Of a DNA stretch of 64,000 bases, positions 1 through 8,574 are shown in pieces (position 1 is the first letter of the stretch; every line of letters starts with the position of its first letter). Both the position numbers and the translations under genes were made by a program. The notes below the pieces were generated by a model. It was not told the DNA's origin. It searched no databases and saw only the letters and a program-made list of their open reading frames with translations. Origin of the DNA: Clostridia bacterium (GTDB taxonomy: Bacteria; Bacillota; Clostridia; HGM11514); contig JAZNAU010000020.1 of the NCBI GenBank assembly GCA_045586685.1, forward strand, positions 22,680 to 86,679. Direction: 5' to 3'.

Positions 1-78
1 AGCTGTAATTTCTTCAAAGGAAGAAACGGTCATAAATCTTCTTGCCGGGGAGGTAGGATTAAATTTCTTTAATGCCAT
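1..78 (-). CDS. rplB: 50S ribosomal protein L2, N-terminal fragment (gene continues beyond window start)
   Basis: Reverse complement of 1..78 translates MALKKFNPTSPARRFMTVSSFEEITA, the conserved L2 N-terminus; lies immediately upstream of rplW in canonical S10-operon order. Confidence 0.8.
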   Translation of the reverse strand, partial: MALKKFNPTSPARRFMTVSSFEEITA

Positions 79-115
79 CCTGAATTCTCCTCACTTTCCG
101 TATCTGTTTGGGGAC

Positions 116-409
116 TTAAGCCATCCCTTCAAAAAATTCAATGGTTTTACTGGTTTCAGTCAATTTTACAATGGCTTTCTTCCAGTCAGGTCTTTTCCCA
201 ACGTGAACGCCCATTCTCTTGTACTTACCGACAACGTTCATGGTGGTTACGTTCTCAACTTCTACTTTAAACAGTTGTTCAACAGCCTGTTTGATTTCGA
301 TTTTGTTTGCCCCTTTGGCAACTTGGAACGTATATTTTCTATCCTGCATGTTTTCCATACTGGATTCAGACACGATAGGTCTGATGATTACGTCGTATGC
401 ACTTTTCAT
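116..409 (-). CDS. rplW: 50S ribosomal protein L23
   Basis: 97-aa ORF with typical L23 sequence; position between L4 and L2 in S10 operon. Confidence 0.9.
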   Translation of the reverse strand: MKSAYDVIIRPIVSESSMENMQDRKYTFQVAKGANKIEIKQAVEQLFKVEVENVTTMNVVGKYKRMGVHVGKRPDWKKAIVKLTETSKTIEFFEGMA

Positions 410-1032
410 TATGCGTACACCTCCTCAATCTTGGCAATAGCATCCTTGGATACGATTACCTTATCACTGTTGAGAACATCATAGGTGTTCAGAGCAGTTG
501 CAAAGGTGGTTGCAGCAGTGGGGATATTGCGGGCGGACAGTACAACGTTATCATCCTTATCACAGGTAATAATCAACGCTTTTCCTTCCACCTTCAATGC
601 GTCCAGCATGCTAACAATCTGCTTGGTTTTAATCTGATCAAAACCGAACTGATCTACAACAATCATGCTCTCATCTGCAACCTTCGCACTCAGTGCAGAT
701 TTCAGAGCTGCTCTCTTCAGCTTTTTGTTCAAAGCATAACGGTAGCTTCTGGGCTTGGGACCGAGGGCAACGCCGCCACCTGTCCATTGAGGAGCCCGAA
801 TGCTTCCCTGTCTTGCACGGCCTGTACCTTTTTGTCTCCAAGGCTTAATGCCGCCGCCACTTACTTCTGTTCTTGTTTTGGTGCTCTGGGTACCTTGTCT
901 TTGGTTTGCCAGATAATTTTTAACAACTTCATGCAAAGCATAACCATTTACTTCCTGACCAAAAATCGCATCATTCAGCTCGATTTCCCCTACTGTTGCA
1001 CCGCTTACATTATATAAAGCCACTTTAGGCAT
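409..1032 (-). CDS. rplD: 50S ribosomal protein L4
   Basis: 207-aa ORF; Gly/Arg-rich loop region [33 protein letters not shown] typical of uL4; operon context. Confidence 0.9.
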   Translation of the reverse strand: MPKVALYNVSGATVGEIELNDAIFGQEVNGYALHEVVKNYLANQRQGTQSTKTRTEVSGGGIKPWRQKGTGRARQGSIRAPQWTGGGVALGPKPRSYRYALNKKLKRAALKSALSAKVADESMIVVDQFGFDQIKTKQIVSMLDALKVEGKALIITCDKDDNVVLSARNIPTAATTFATALNTYDVLNSDKVIVSKDAIAKIEEVYA

Positions 1033-1055
1033 GGAACTTCCTCCTTTCTAACTGC

Positions 1056-1691
1056 TTATTTCCCGCTCTTCACGGTATTCTTTATCGTGATAATTCCGCC
1101 CTTAGGACCGGGAACCGCTCCCTTGACCAGAATCAGATTCTTGTCTGTATCGACCTTTACGACATCCAGGTTCTGAACAGTTACCTTTTCTACACCGAAG
1201 TGTCCGGGCAGTTTCTTGCCTTTCATAACTCTTCCAGGGTAGGAGCAGGCACCCATGGAACCAACGCCTCTGTGATAACCGGAACCGTGAGACATAGGGC
1301 CTCTGTGAGTTCCCCAACGCTTAATGGTACCGGAAAAACCGTGACCCTTAGAAATACCGGTAACGTCAACACGATCTCCTTGGGCAAATACATCTGCCTT
1401 CAGTTCGTCACCAACGTTCATTTCTGCTGCGTTGTCCAGTTTGAATTCCTTCAAAACCTTTTTGTAAGCTACGCCGTTCTTGTCAAAGTGACCTTTCATA
1501 GGCTTGTTCAGCTTCTTTGCATCAACATCGCAGAAGCCAATCTGAACTGCGCTGTAGCCATCCTTTTCTACTTCTTTCTTTTGCACTACTGTGCAGGGAC
1601 CTGCTTCAATTACGGTAACCGGAATCAATCTTCCGTCTTCCAGAAAAAGCTGCGTCATCCCAATTTTCTTACCGATGATTGCTTTTTGCAT
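1056..1691 (-). CDS. rplC: 50S ribosomal protein L3
   Basis: 211-aa ORF; [16 protein letters not shown]... uL3 N-terminus; operon context. Confidence 0.9.
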   Translation of the reverse strand: MQKAIIGKKIGMTQLFLEDGRLIPVTVIEAGPCTVVQKKEVEKDGYSAVQIGFCDVDAKKLNKPMKGHFDKNGVAYKKVLKEFKLDNAAEMNVGDELKADVFAQGDRVDVTGISKGHGFSGTIKRWGTHRGPMSHGSGYHRGVGSMGACSYPGRVMKGKKLPGHFGVEKVTVQNLDVVKVDTDKNLILVKGAVPGPKGGIITIKNTVKSGK

Positions 1692-1769
1692 CCTTTCTTA
1701 CCTCCTATTGGTTATTGGTTGACCGTTACGGCCAACATGACCTGCCGTCCTTCTGACGGCCAAAGTGCC

Positions 1770-2084
1770 TTACAGCTTGATTTCAATATCAACGCCTGCA
1801 GGCAGATCAAACTTGGTTAATGCATCTACTGTTTTTGCAGTAGGAAGCAGAATGTCGATCAAACGCTTGTGGGTTCTCAATTCAAACTGCTCACGGGAAT
1901 CTTTGTACTTATGAACTGCTCTCAAGATTGTAACAACCTCTTTGCGAGTGGGCAGGGGGATGGGTCCGGAAACCTTTGCACCGGTTCTCTCCGCTGTTTC
2001 CACGATACGTTCTGCGGTCTGATCCAACAGAGCATGGTCATAAGCCTTGATTCTGATTCTGATTTTGTCCTTTACTGCTGCCAT
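1770..2084 (-). CDS. rpsJ: 30S ribosomal protein S10
   Basis: 104-aa ORF; [15 protein letters not shown]... uS10; first gene of S10 operon. Confidence 0.9.
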   Translation of the reverse strand: MAAVKDKIRIRIKAYDHALLDQTAERIVETAERTGAKVSGPIPLPTRKEVVTILRAVHKYKDSREQFELRTHKRLIDILLPTAKTVDALTKFDLPAGVDIEIKL

Positions 2085-2441
2085 CTGTTTCGCCTCCTAT
2101 TCATAATGTTTGGTTACGCATAACAGCCGAACATCTGTACACTGTGCCGGGTGTATCCCGACACCCTATCATAAAACCCACATCATGTGGGCAACTTTTT
2201 ACGCAAACACCAAAGATCCGTCTTACCGTGTGGACTTGAATACAAATCAATCATATTCAGTATCCCCGAAACTGACAAATCCGCAAAAAAATTGCTGTTG
2301 TGTTACGTCCATAGGTTATTAAAACCTGTGTACAGTGACTTGCGCCCGGTTTTCAAAATCGGACAATCTCCACGGAAAAACCTACATATTCTATGTAGCA
2401 ACCTCCCGTTTCATCGTATGCCATACGTCACACACCTAATT

Positions 2442-2470
2442 ATTTTACAGTAAAATCACGATAATGTCAA
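2442..2470 (-). promoter_or_regulatory. sigma-A type promoter of S10 operon (TTGACA-17-TAAAAT on minus strand) followed by ~355-nt structured leader
   Basis: Minus-strand reading ttgacattatcgtgattttactgTAAAAT; -35 at 2465-2470, -10 at 2442-2447; several hairpins (e.g. ctacatattctatgtag 2381-2400) in leader. Confidence 0.45.
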
Positions 2471-2704
2471 GCTTTTTTTTGAAATTTTTTTCAATTTTTT
2501 ATTTCTTATCAAATTTAACCAAAAAATTGATTCTATTTGTAAATTCCATGACACAATAAACAATAAACTTTTTATAGATCCATTTTTTCTCATTTTTCCC
2601 TTATTATACTGCCCGTTTTTGTATAGTTGCAATTTTTTTGTATATTTTTTTATTACAGACTTATACTAATCATGTAATTCAAATTTATCAAAGGAGATTT
2701 TAAA

Positions 2705-2839
2705 ATGAAAAATCAAAACAACAACCAAAACAACCAGCAGAATAAGAACAACAAACAAAATAATCAGCAAAACAATCAGCAGAACAAAAACAACGACCAG
2801 CAAAATAAGAACGACAGACAGGACAACAATAATTTCTAA
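2705..2839 (+). CDS. 44-aa Asn/Gln-rich microprotein (MKNQNNNQNNQQNKNNKQNNQQNNQQNKNNDQQNKNDRQDNNNF), not in ORF track because <60 aa
   Basis: Strong RBS AAAGGAGA 8 nt upstream of ATG at 2705; stop TAA 2837-2839 followed directly by rho-independent terminator; minus-strand 66-aa ORF over same region is its low-complexity antisense. Confidence 0.4.
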   Translation: MKNQNNNQNNQQNKNNKQNNQQNNQQNKNNDQQNKNDRQDNNNF

Positions 2840-2854
2840 TTTTTTTATAAAAAT

Positions 2855-2885
2855 AATGCCTCTCAAACAGGAGGCATTATTTTTA
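2855..2885. terminator. Bidirectional rho-independent terminator (aatgcctc-loop-gaggcatt + T-tract) shared by microprotein (+) and pdxK (-)
   Basis: 8-bp perfect stem 2855-2862/2871-2878, flanked by T-run on + and A-run upstream. Confidence 0.6.
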
Positions 2886-2887
2886 TA

Positions 2888-3721
2888 TTACATCAAATCC
2901 TTTACACATAGTTCCAGAGGCAACCCTTCACGAAAAGGATTGCCTTGCTTTTTTGCAAGAAAAATATTTCGATACACAAATTCCGAAGCATATTGCAAAC
3001 AATTTTCCTGACTTTCTTCCTTTAATAAATAGGAAAGAAACACAGATGCAAACGCATCCCCTGCTCCAGGATATTCTCCATATACTTCTTTGCTTCCGAA
3101 ACAAAAGCTTTTTCCTTTTCTTTTATCATACAGCACAGAAAAAACTTTTCCCTCTTCTTCTTTTAAATGAACTCCTGTTAAAACACAGCAGGAAGGTCCA
3201 AAATCACAAAGCCGTTTTGCCCATTGTTCTGCCTGAGATTTTGTTAAGCTTTCTAAAGCAGACTGTTCCAATAAATATGCACCTTCCGTTAAGTTTGGTG
3301 TAATCAGCTCTGCCTTTGATATTAAGTGTCGCATTTGGTTGACCAAAGAGGGAGTAACGGTGGAGTAAAGAACTCCGTTATCACCCAATACGGGATCCAC
3401 CAATACAGTTCCTTTTCCAAAGGCTTCGATATATTCCTCCACCAAACCACATTGCTCAGCGCTTCCTAAAAACCCGCTGTATATCCCGTCAAATTCCAGA
3501 TTCAAATTCTTATAATGCCGCAAGTTGTCTTTCATAAAATCTGTCATATCCTGAAATGCAAAATCGGTAAATCCGCCCGTATGAGTAGAAAGAACCGCAG
3601 TAGGAACGGGACAAACCTGTATTCCTAGGGAGGACATAACAGGAATAACAACCGTCAGTGCACACCGACCAAATCCGGACAAATCATGAAGTGCCAGCAC
3701 TCTTGGAATTTCACCACTCAT
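2888..3721 (-). CDS. pdxK: Pyridoxal/pyridoxamine kinase (PdxK/PdxY family, ribokinase-like fold)
   Basis: Sequence typical of PdxK-family pyridoxal kinases (ALHDLSGFGRCALTVVIPVMS..., GAGDAFASVFL); start moved to MSGEIP (ATG 3721) which has RBS GGAGGG 6 nt upstream; longer ORF start lacks RBS. Confidence 0.8.
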   Translation of the reverse strand: MSGEIPRVLALHDLSGFGRCALTVVIPVMSSLGIQVCPVPTAVLSTHTGGFTDFAFQDMTDFMKDNLRHYKNLNLEFDGIYSGFLGSAEQCGLVEEYIEAFGKGTVLVDPVLGDNGVLYSTVTPSLVNQMRHLISKAELITPNLTEGAYLLEQSALESLTKSQAEQWAKRLCDFGPSCCVLTGVHLKEEEGKVFSVLYDKRKGKSFCFGSKEVYGEYPGAGDAFASVFLSYLLKEESQENCLQYASEFVYRNIFLAKKQGNPFREGLPLELCVKDLM

Positions 3722-4865
3722 GAACATCCCTCCTATAGGGCGGTTTAGGCCCAAAATATTGATAACAGTCGCATTTAATCATACCATTATAAATTTTTCT
3801 CTTTTTATCCGCTTTTTTTCCGTAGAACTGCTCAAATTCTTCGTCTGATGTCAAAATATATTGAGACCAGGTGGGACATTGCCCAAACTGTTTCCCCATT
3901 ATTTTATAAAGTCTGCGAGCATCCTTTAAATCTCCCAACCGTTCACCGTAGGGCGGATTGCATACAATCACACCATATTCCTCCGATTGGCGAAATCCGC
4001 AAACATCACGTAGCTGAATGGAGACCAAATCCTCCACTCCGGCTCTAATTGCATTTTCTTTTGACAAGGAAACACAAGCAGGGTCCACATCATAGCCAAA
4101 AATAACAGGTTTTCTATCCCGTCGCATCAAATCTTTTGCCTCTTCTTTTGCCTGTTTCCAAAGATTTCTGTCCACCTGAGAAAATTTTTCTCCCGCAAAG
4201 ACACGGTTTAATCCCGGAGCGTGGTTGATTGCTATCAGCGCCGCCTCTATAGGAAAGGTTCCGGACCCGCAAAAAGGGTCTGCAAAGGGACGGTTTTCAT
4301 GCCAAACGCTTAATTGCAATAATGCCGCCGCTACCGTTTCACGCAAGGGGGCATCGTTGGATTTCAATCGATATCCTCTTTTATGAAGGCCGGGTCCGCT
4401 GGTATCCAGCATCATGGTAACCTGATCCTTAATAATACTGAACTGAATCTGATAGGTTGCGCCCTGCTCATCAAACCAATCCACATGATATTTTTCTTTT
4501 AATCGTTCTACAATACTCTTTTTTAAAATAGACTGACAATCCGACACACTGAATAACGTGGATTTCAGGGTGAAACCTTTGACGGGAAATGCAACATGTT
4601 TGGTAATCCATTTTTCCCAGGGCAATGCCTTGTTTTTTTCAAACAACTCTTCAAAGGTGGTTGCCCGAAATTCGCCTATTTTAATCAACACCCGTTCCCC
4701 TGTTCGTAGCCAAAGGTTGGCACGACAAACCGCCATGGCGTCTCCTAAAAAAGTAACACGACCATCCTCCGTACGAATCACTTCATATCCTAAGGCTTTA
4801 ATTTCTTTTGCTGTCACTGCCTCAATCCCGAACAGAGTGGGCACAATGAGTTCAAACTGCTCCAT
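3711..4865 (-). CDS. THUMP-domain class I SAM-dependent RNA methyltransferase (RlmL/YpsC-like)
   Basis: 384 aa; N-terminal THUMP-like region, methyltransferase motifs DPFCGSGTFPIEAA and VCNPPYGERL (N6-adenine/N2-guanine MTase DPPY-type). Confidence 0.75.
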   Translation of the reverse strand: MEQFELIVPTLFGIEAVTAKEIKALGYEVIRTEDGRVTFLGDAMAVCRANLWLRTGERVLIKIGEFRATTFEELFEKNKALPWEKWITKHVAFPVKGFTLKSTLFSVSDCQSILKKSIVERLKEKYHVDWFDEQGATYQIQFSIIKDQVTMMLDTSGPGLHKRGYRLKSNDAPLRETVAAALLQLSVWHENRPFADPFCGSGTFPIEAALIAINHAPGLNRVFAGEKFSQVDRNLWKQAKEEAKDLMRRDRKPVIFGYDVDPACVSLSKENAIRAGVEDLVSIQLRDVCGFRQSEEYGVIVCNPPYGERLGDLKDARRLYKIMGKQFGQCPTWSQYILTSDEEFEQFYGKKADKKRKIYNGMIKCDCYQYFGPKPPYRRDVHEW

Positions 4866-4877
4866 ACTTTCTCCTTT

Positions 4878-7055
4878 TTATTGCTTCAACTTTGCCAAAG
4901 CATCTGCAAGGGCACTGTTAAAGGGCTCTTGCTCTTTTTTATCTTGCTTATTCAAATATTTGGAAATCTCCCGTTTGGAAAGTTTACTGCTATTTTCGGC
5001 CAATTTTTTATTAAAGCTTTCAAAATTTTCACGGAATCCGCATTTGCAAGCATATATTTTCTTTCCGTCCGCTCCACGTACTTCCAATTTTTTATGACAT
5101 TGGGGACAACGGGCATTACTCGAGCGGCTGATCGTCTGCCGATAGCCACATTCCGTATTTTTACAAACATATTGTTTTCCGTGTTTTCCGTTGACCTCCA
5201 GTAAAAACTCGCCACAATCAGGGCATCTGTTTCTGGTTTGGTTATCGTGCCGATAAATCACATCGCTTGTAATGACATTCCTCACCAAATCCTTGGAATA
5301 CTGCCTCATCTCAGCAATAAATTCCTTCGATTTTGCCTGTCCTTTACTAATTGCGGTTAATTGCTGTTCCCATTTTCCTGTCAGCTCCGCAGAACGAAGC
5401 TCGGGAGGAACAATAGAAATTAACTGAATCCCTTTTGAGGTTGGGAAAATTTCTTTCCCTTGCAATTCAATGTAATTGACAGAAAACAGTTTTTCAATAA
5501 TATCCGCACGGGTAGCAGGTGTTCCCAATCCACCTGTGGTGTTGATTACTTCACGCATCGCCTGATTGGTTATTGTTTTTCCGGCAAATTCCATGGCTGT
5601 CAGCAATGTACCTTCGGTATAACGGGAAGGGGGCGGTGTTTTGCCTTTTTTAATGTCCAGCTTAGTGACTTTCAACAAGTCCCCCAACGCAAGCTTTGGA
5701 AGGTTTTGGCTTCGTTCTTCGTCGCCATCCTCCTCATCTTCTAAATCCATTCCCTCATAGGCTGCCTTCCAACCCTTAGAAAGCACCGTTTTCCCTCGAG
5801 CGGTAAACAGTTCCCCACTGATATCCCCTTCCAAGGTAGTTTGTTCATAAGAAAAAGGTGTGCTGAGAGCGGCAAGAAAGCGTTTTACCACCAAAACATA
5901 AATATGCTTTTCTTCCGAAGAAAGGGCGCTTAAATCCAAATATTGCTCAGTGGGGATAATAGCATGATGGTCTGATACTTTCGAGTCATCCACCACTCTT
6001 TTCCCCGGAGTTAAAGGTGCTTTTAACAATTCTTTTGCAATAGGAAAAGCACCTGATATGGCTTTTAACCGCTGACCTAAAGTGGGAACAATATCCTGAC
6101 TTAAATATCGAGAATCTGTTCTTGGGTAGGTCAGCACCTTGTGTGTTTCATAAAGCCGTTGCATTAGATTTAATGTTTTTTTTGCAGAATACCCGTACTG
6201 CTTGTTCGCATCTCTCTGAAGCTCCGTTAAATCATACAATAAGGGTATAGGCAGTTGTTTGGCTTGCTTTTTGATATTGGTAATTTTCAACGGTTTTCCG
6301 CTAATTTTCTGCCGAATTTCTTCCAGTTTTCCGAGGCTAAAAACCCGACCATTACCCGTTTCTCTGTCTTTCCAAGAGAAATTCACACCTTCCGCCTTCG
6401 CAGACATGGTTTCAAATTCCTTGGGAACAAACCGTTTAATCTCCTCTTCCCTGTCAACAATCATTGCCAAGGTGGGGGTCTGCACCCGACCGGCAGACAA
6501 CTGAGCATTATGTTTGCAAGTCAATGCCCTTGTTACATTCAAACCAACCAGCCAATCCGCCTCTGCCCGACTTTTGGCAGACTGATACAGATTTTCATAG
6601 TCTTTTCCTGGTTTCAAATTGGCAAACCCTTCCCGAATTGCCTGATCTGTCTGGGAAGAAATCCAAAGACGCTTAATCGGTTTTTTACAAGTTGCTTTTT
6701 CAATTATCCAACGAGCAACCAGTTCCCCTTCCCGTCCGGCATCTGTTGCAATGACCACCTCATCTACCTCATCGGAACGAAGCAGTTCCTTTACAATTTT
6801 AAATTGCTTGGCAGTATTTTTAATCACCACCAGCTTCATCTTTTCCGGCATCATGGGAAGAGTATCCAGACTCCATTTTTTATATTGTTCTCCGTAAGCA
6901 TCAGGGTCGGCAAGAGTAACCAAATGGCCAAAGGACCAGGTAACAATATATTGTCCCCCCGTCATATAGCCTTCTCTTCCTTGTTTACAACCCAACACCC
7001 GCGCCAGTTCTTTTCCGACGGAGGGTTTTTCTGCAATAACTAATTGTTTTCCCAT
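4878..7055 (-). CDS. topB: DNA topoisomerase III
   Basis: 725 aa; Toprim N-terminus MGKQLVIAEKPSVG, topo IA core, C-terminal Cys4 zinc ribbons (CPDCG..C, CPQC..C). Confidence 0.85.
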   Translation of the reverse strand: MGKQLVIAEKPSVGKELARVLGCKQGREGYMTGGQYIVTWSFGHLVTLADPDAYGEQYKKWSLDTLPMMPEKMKLVVIKNTAKQFKIVKELLRSDEVDEVVIATDAGREGELVARWIIEKATCKKPIKRLWISSQTDQAIREGFANLKPGKDYENLYQSAKSRAEADWLVGLNVTRALTCKHNAQLSAGRVQTPTLAMIVDREEEIKRFVPKEFETMSAKAEGVNFSWKDRETGNGRVFSLGKLEEIRQKISGKPLKITNIKKQAKQLPIPLLYDLTELQRDANKQYGYSAKKTLNLMQRLYETHKVLTYPRTDSRYLSQDIVPTLGQRLKAISGAFPIAKELLKAPLTPGKRVVDDSKVSDHHAIIPTEQYLDLSALSSEEKHIYVLVVKRFLAALSTPFSYEQTTLEGDISGELFTARGKTVLSKGWKAAYEGMDLEDEEDGDEERSQNLPKLALGDLLKVTKLDIKKGKTPPPSRYTEGTLLTAMEFAGKTITNQAMREVINTTGGLGTPATRADIIEKLFSVNYIELQGKEIFPTSKGIQLISIVPPELRSAELTGKWEQQLTAISKGQAKSKEFIAEMRQYSKDLVRNVITSDVIYRHDNQTRNRCPDCGEFLLEVNGKHGKQYVCKNTECGYRQTISRSSNARCPQCHKKLEVRGADGKKIYACKCGFRENFESFNKKLAENSSKLSKREISKYLNKQDKKEQEPFNSALADALAKLKQ

Positions 7056-7057
7056 TT

Positions 7058-8530
7058 TTATCCAATATACTTTCTAAAGGTTTCATAAGCTGCATCCCAA
7101 TCCAAATCGGAATCTGCAGTATAAATTGTTGTTTCGAAAGAGTCACGAACCAACTGCCGTGCTTCATTCAAATCCTTTAATTCGCCCAAAGCTATAAGCT
7201 GAACCAAATTGTTTCCGATTGCAGTTGCCTCAACGGGTCCTGCAATGACTTCCCGCTTGGTAGCATTTGCGGTAAAACTGCAAATCAGCTTATCCTTGAT
7301 ACCACCGCCAACTAAATGAATCCGATTGATTTTCTTGCCCTGAATTTCTTCCAGACATTCTACGGTATAACGGTATTTCAATGCCAAGCTCTGTGCAATA
7401 CAACGAATCACTTCACCCTTGGTTTCGGGAACAGGCTGTCCTGTTCTCTTGCAGAATTCCTGCACCTTGGTAGGCATATTGTTAGGACCTGCAAACAGCA
7501 TATCATCAGGATCAACAAAGGAAACGAAGGGAGCCGCTTCTCTTGCAGCTTGTTCCAAATCGTTAAAGGAAAGCTTTTCTCCGTCAATTTCCCATTGACG
7601 CTTACATTCCTGAATCAACCACAGACCCATGATGTTCTTCATAAGCAACACCTTATCTCCTGCACCGCCTTCGTTGGTGAAGTTCAGTTTCATGGTATGA
7701 TCGTTAATCAAAGGTTTATCGATTTCTGCTCCCATAATTGACCAGGTACCGCAACTGATAAAGGCATAATCATCCCCACCCGTTACAGGTACACTCACTA
7801 CAGCCGACGCTGTATCATGAGAGGCAACAGAAACAACAGGAATTGCCGGAACACCCAACTCCTTAGAAATTTCAGGAAGAAGGTTCCCTACCTTTGCTCC
7901 CGGCTTTACAACATCTAAGTACAGATTTGTGGGAATCCCCAGTTTTGTCATCAAATCCTCCGCCCATACACCCTTAGAAGAATTGTACATCTGAGAGGTA
8001 GTGGAGTTGGTATATTCGCTGGATTTTACCCCTGTCAAAAAATAATTGAACAGGTCAGGCATCATAAGCATGGTATCCGCTTTTTCCAAAATAGCAGAAC
8101 CCTGCTGCACCATTGCCATCATCTGGTACAGAGTATTAAACCAAATAATTTCAATTCCCGTCTGACCGAAAATTTCATCACGTCCTGCAAGCTGGCAAGC
8201 TTTTTCCATCATTCCATCCGTTCTGGTATCACGATAATGATAAGGGTTGCCCAGCAAATTGCCTTGTTTGTCCAACAAACCAAAATCTACACCCCAGGTA
8301 TCAATCCCGATGGATGCAATATCACGATGGCCTTTATGAACGGTCTGTACGATTCCCTGTTTGATTTCATGAAACAAACGGAGTACATCCCAGTGAAGGC
8401 TGTTGCCAATCTGCACAGGGTCATTCGAAAACCGATGGGTTTCTTCCAAATCCAGTTTTTTGCCGTCGTATAAGCCTAAAATGGCACGGCCGCTGCTTGC
8501 TCCAAAGTCAAATGCTAATGTTTTAATCAT
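7058..8530 (-). CDS. rhaB: Rhamnulokinase (FGGY carbohydrate kinase family)
   Basis: Strong motif agreement with RhaB: FDFGASSGR, IGIDTWGVDF, VASHDTASAV, NEGGAG, KNIMGLWL, HLVGGG, AGPVEA; start set at MIKTLAF (ATG 8530) with RBS GGGAGGG, avoiding overlap with ABC-F gene. Confidence 0.75.
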   Translation of the reverse strand: MIKTLAFDFGASSGRAILGLYDGKKLDLEETHRFSNDPVQIGNSLHWDVLRLFHEIKQGIVQTVHKGHRDIASIGIDTWGVDFGLLDKQGNLLGNPYHYRDTRTDGMMEKACQLAGRDEIFGQTGIEIIWFNTLYQMMAMVQQGSAILEKADTMLMMPDLFNYFLTGVKSSEYTNSTTSQMYNSSKGVWAEDLMTKLGIPTNLYLDVVKPGAKVGNLLPEISKELGVPAIPVVSVASHDTASAVVSVPVTGGDDYAFISCGTWSIMGAEIDKPLINDHTMKLNFTNEGGAGDKVLLMKNIMGLWLIQECKRQWEIDGEKLSFNDLEQAAREAAPFVSFVDPDDMLFAGPNNMPTKVQEFCKRTGQPVPETKGEVIRCIAQSLALKYRYTVECLEEIQGKKINRIHLVGGGIKDKLICSFTANATKREVIAGPVEATAIGNNLVQLIALGELKDLNEARQLVRDSFETTIYTADSDLDWDAAYETFRKYIG

Positions 8531-8574
8531 AATAATTCCCTCCCTATCCTCCCTGGGGGAAGATATTTTTTCAT

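Noticed and set aside
2666-2866. 66-aa minus-strand ORF (MRGIIFIKKLE...LLVVLVVV)
   Set aside because: It is the antisense of the AAC/CAA-repeat coding region. Its Leu/Val-rich composition is a codon-complement artefact, and it has no RBS. The plus-strand micro-ORF has an RBS and terminator.
4558-5215. Plus-strand ORFs 4558..5097 and 4881..5204 and minus-strand ORF 4952..5215 overlapping the topB / methyltransferase junction
   Set aside because: They are shadow ORFs within or antisense to conserved genes. Their translations are low-complexity.
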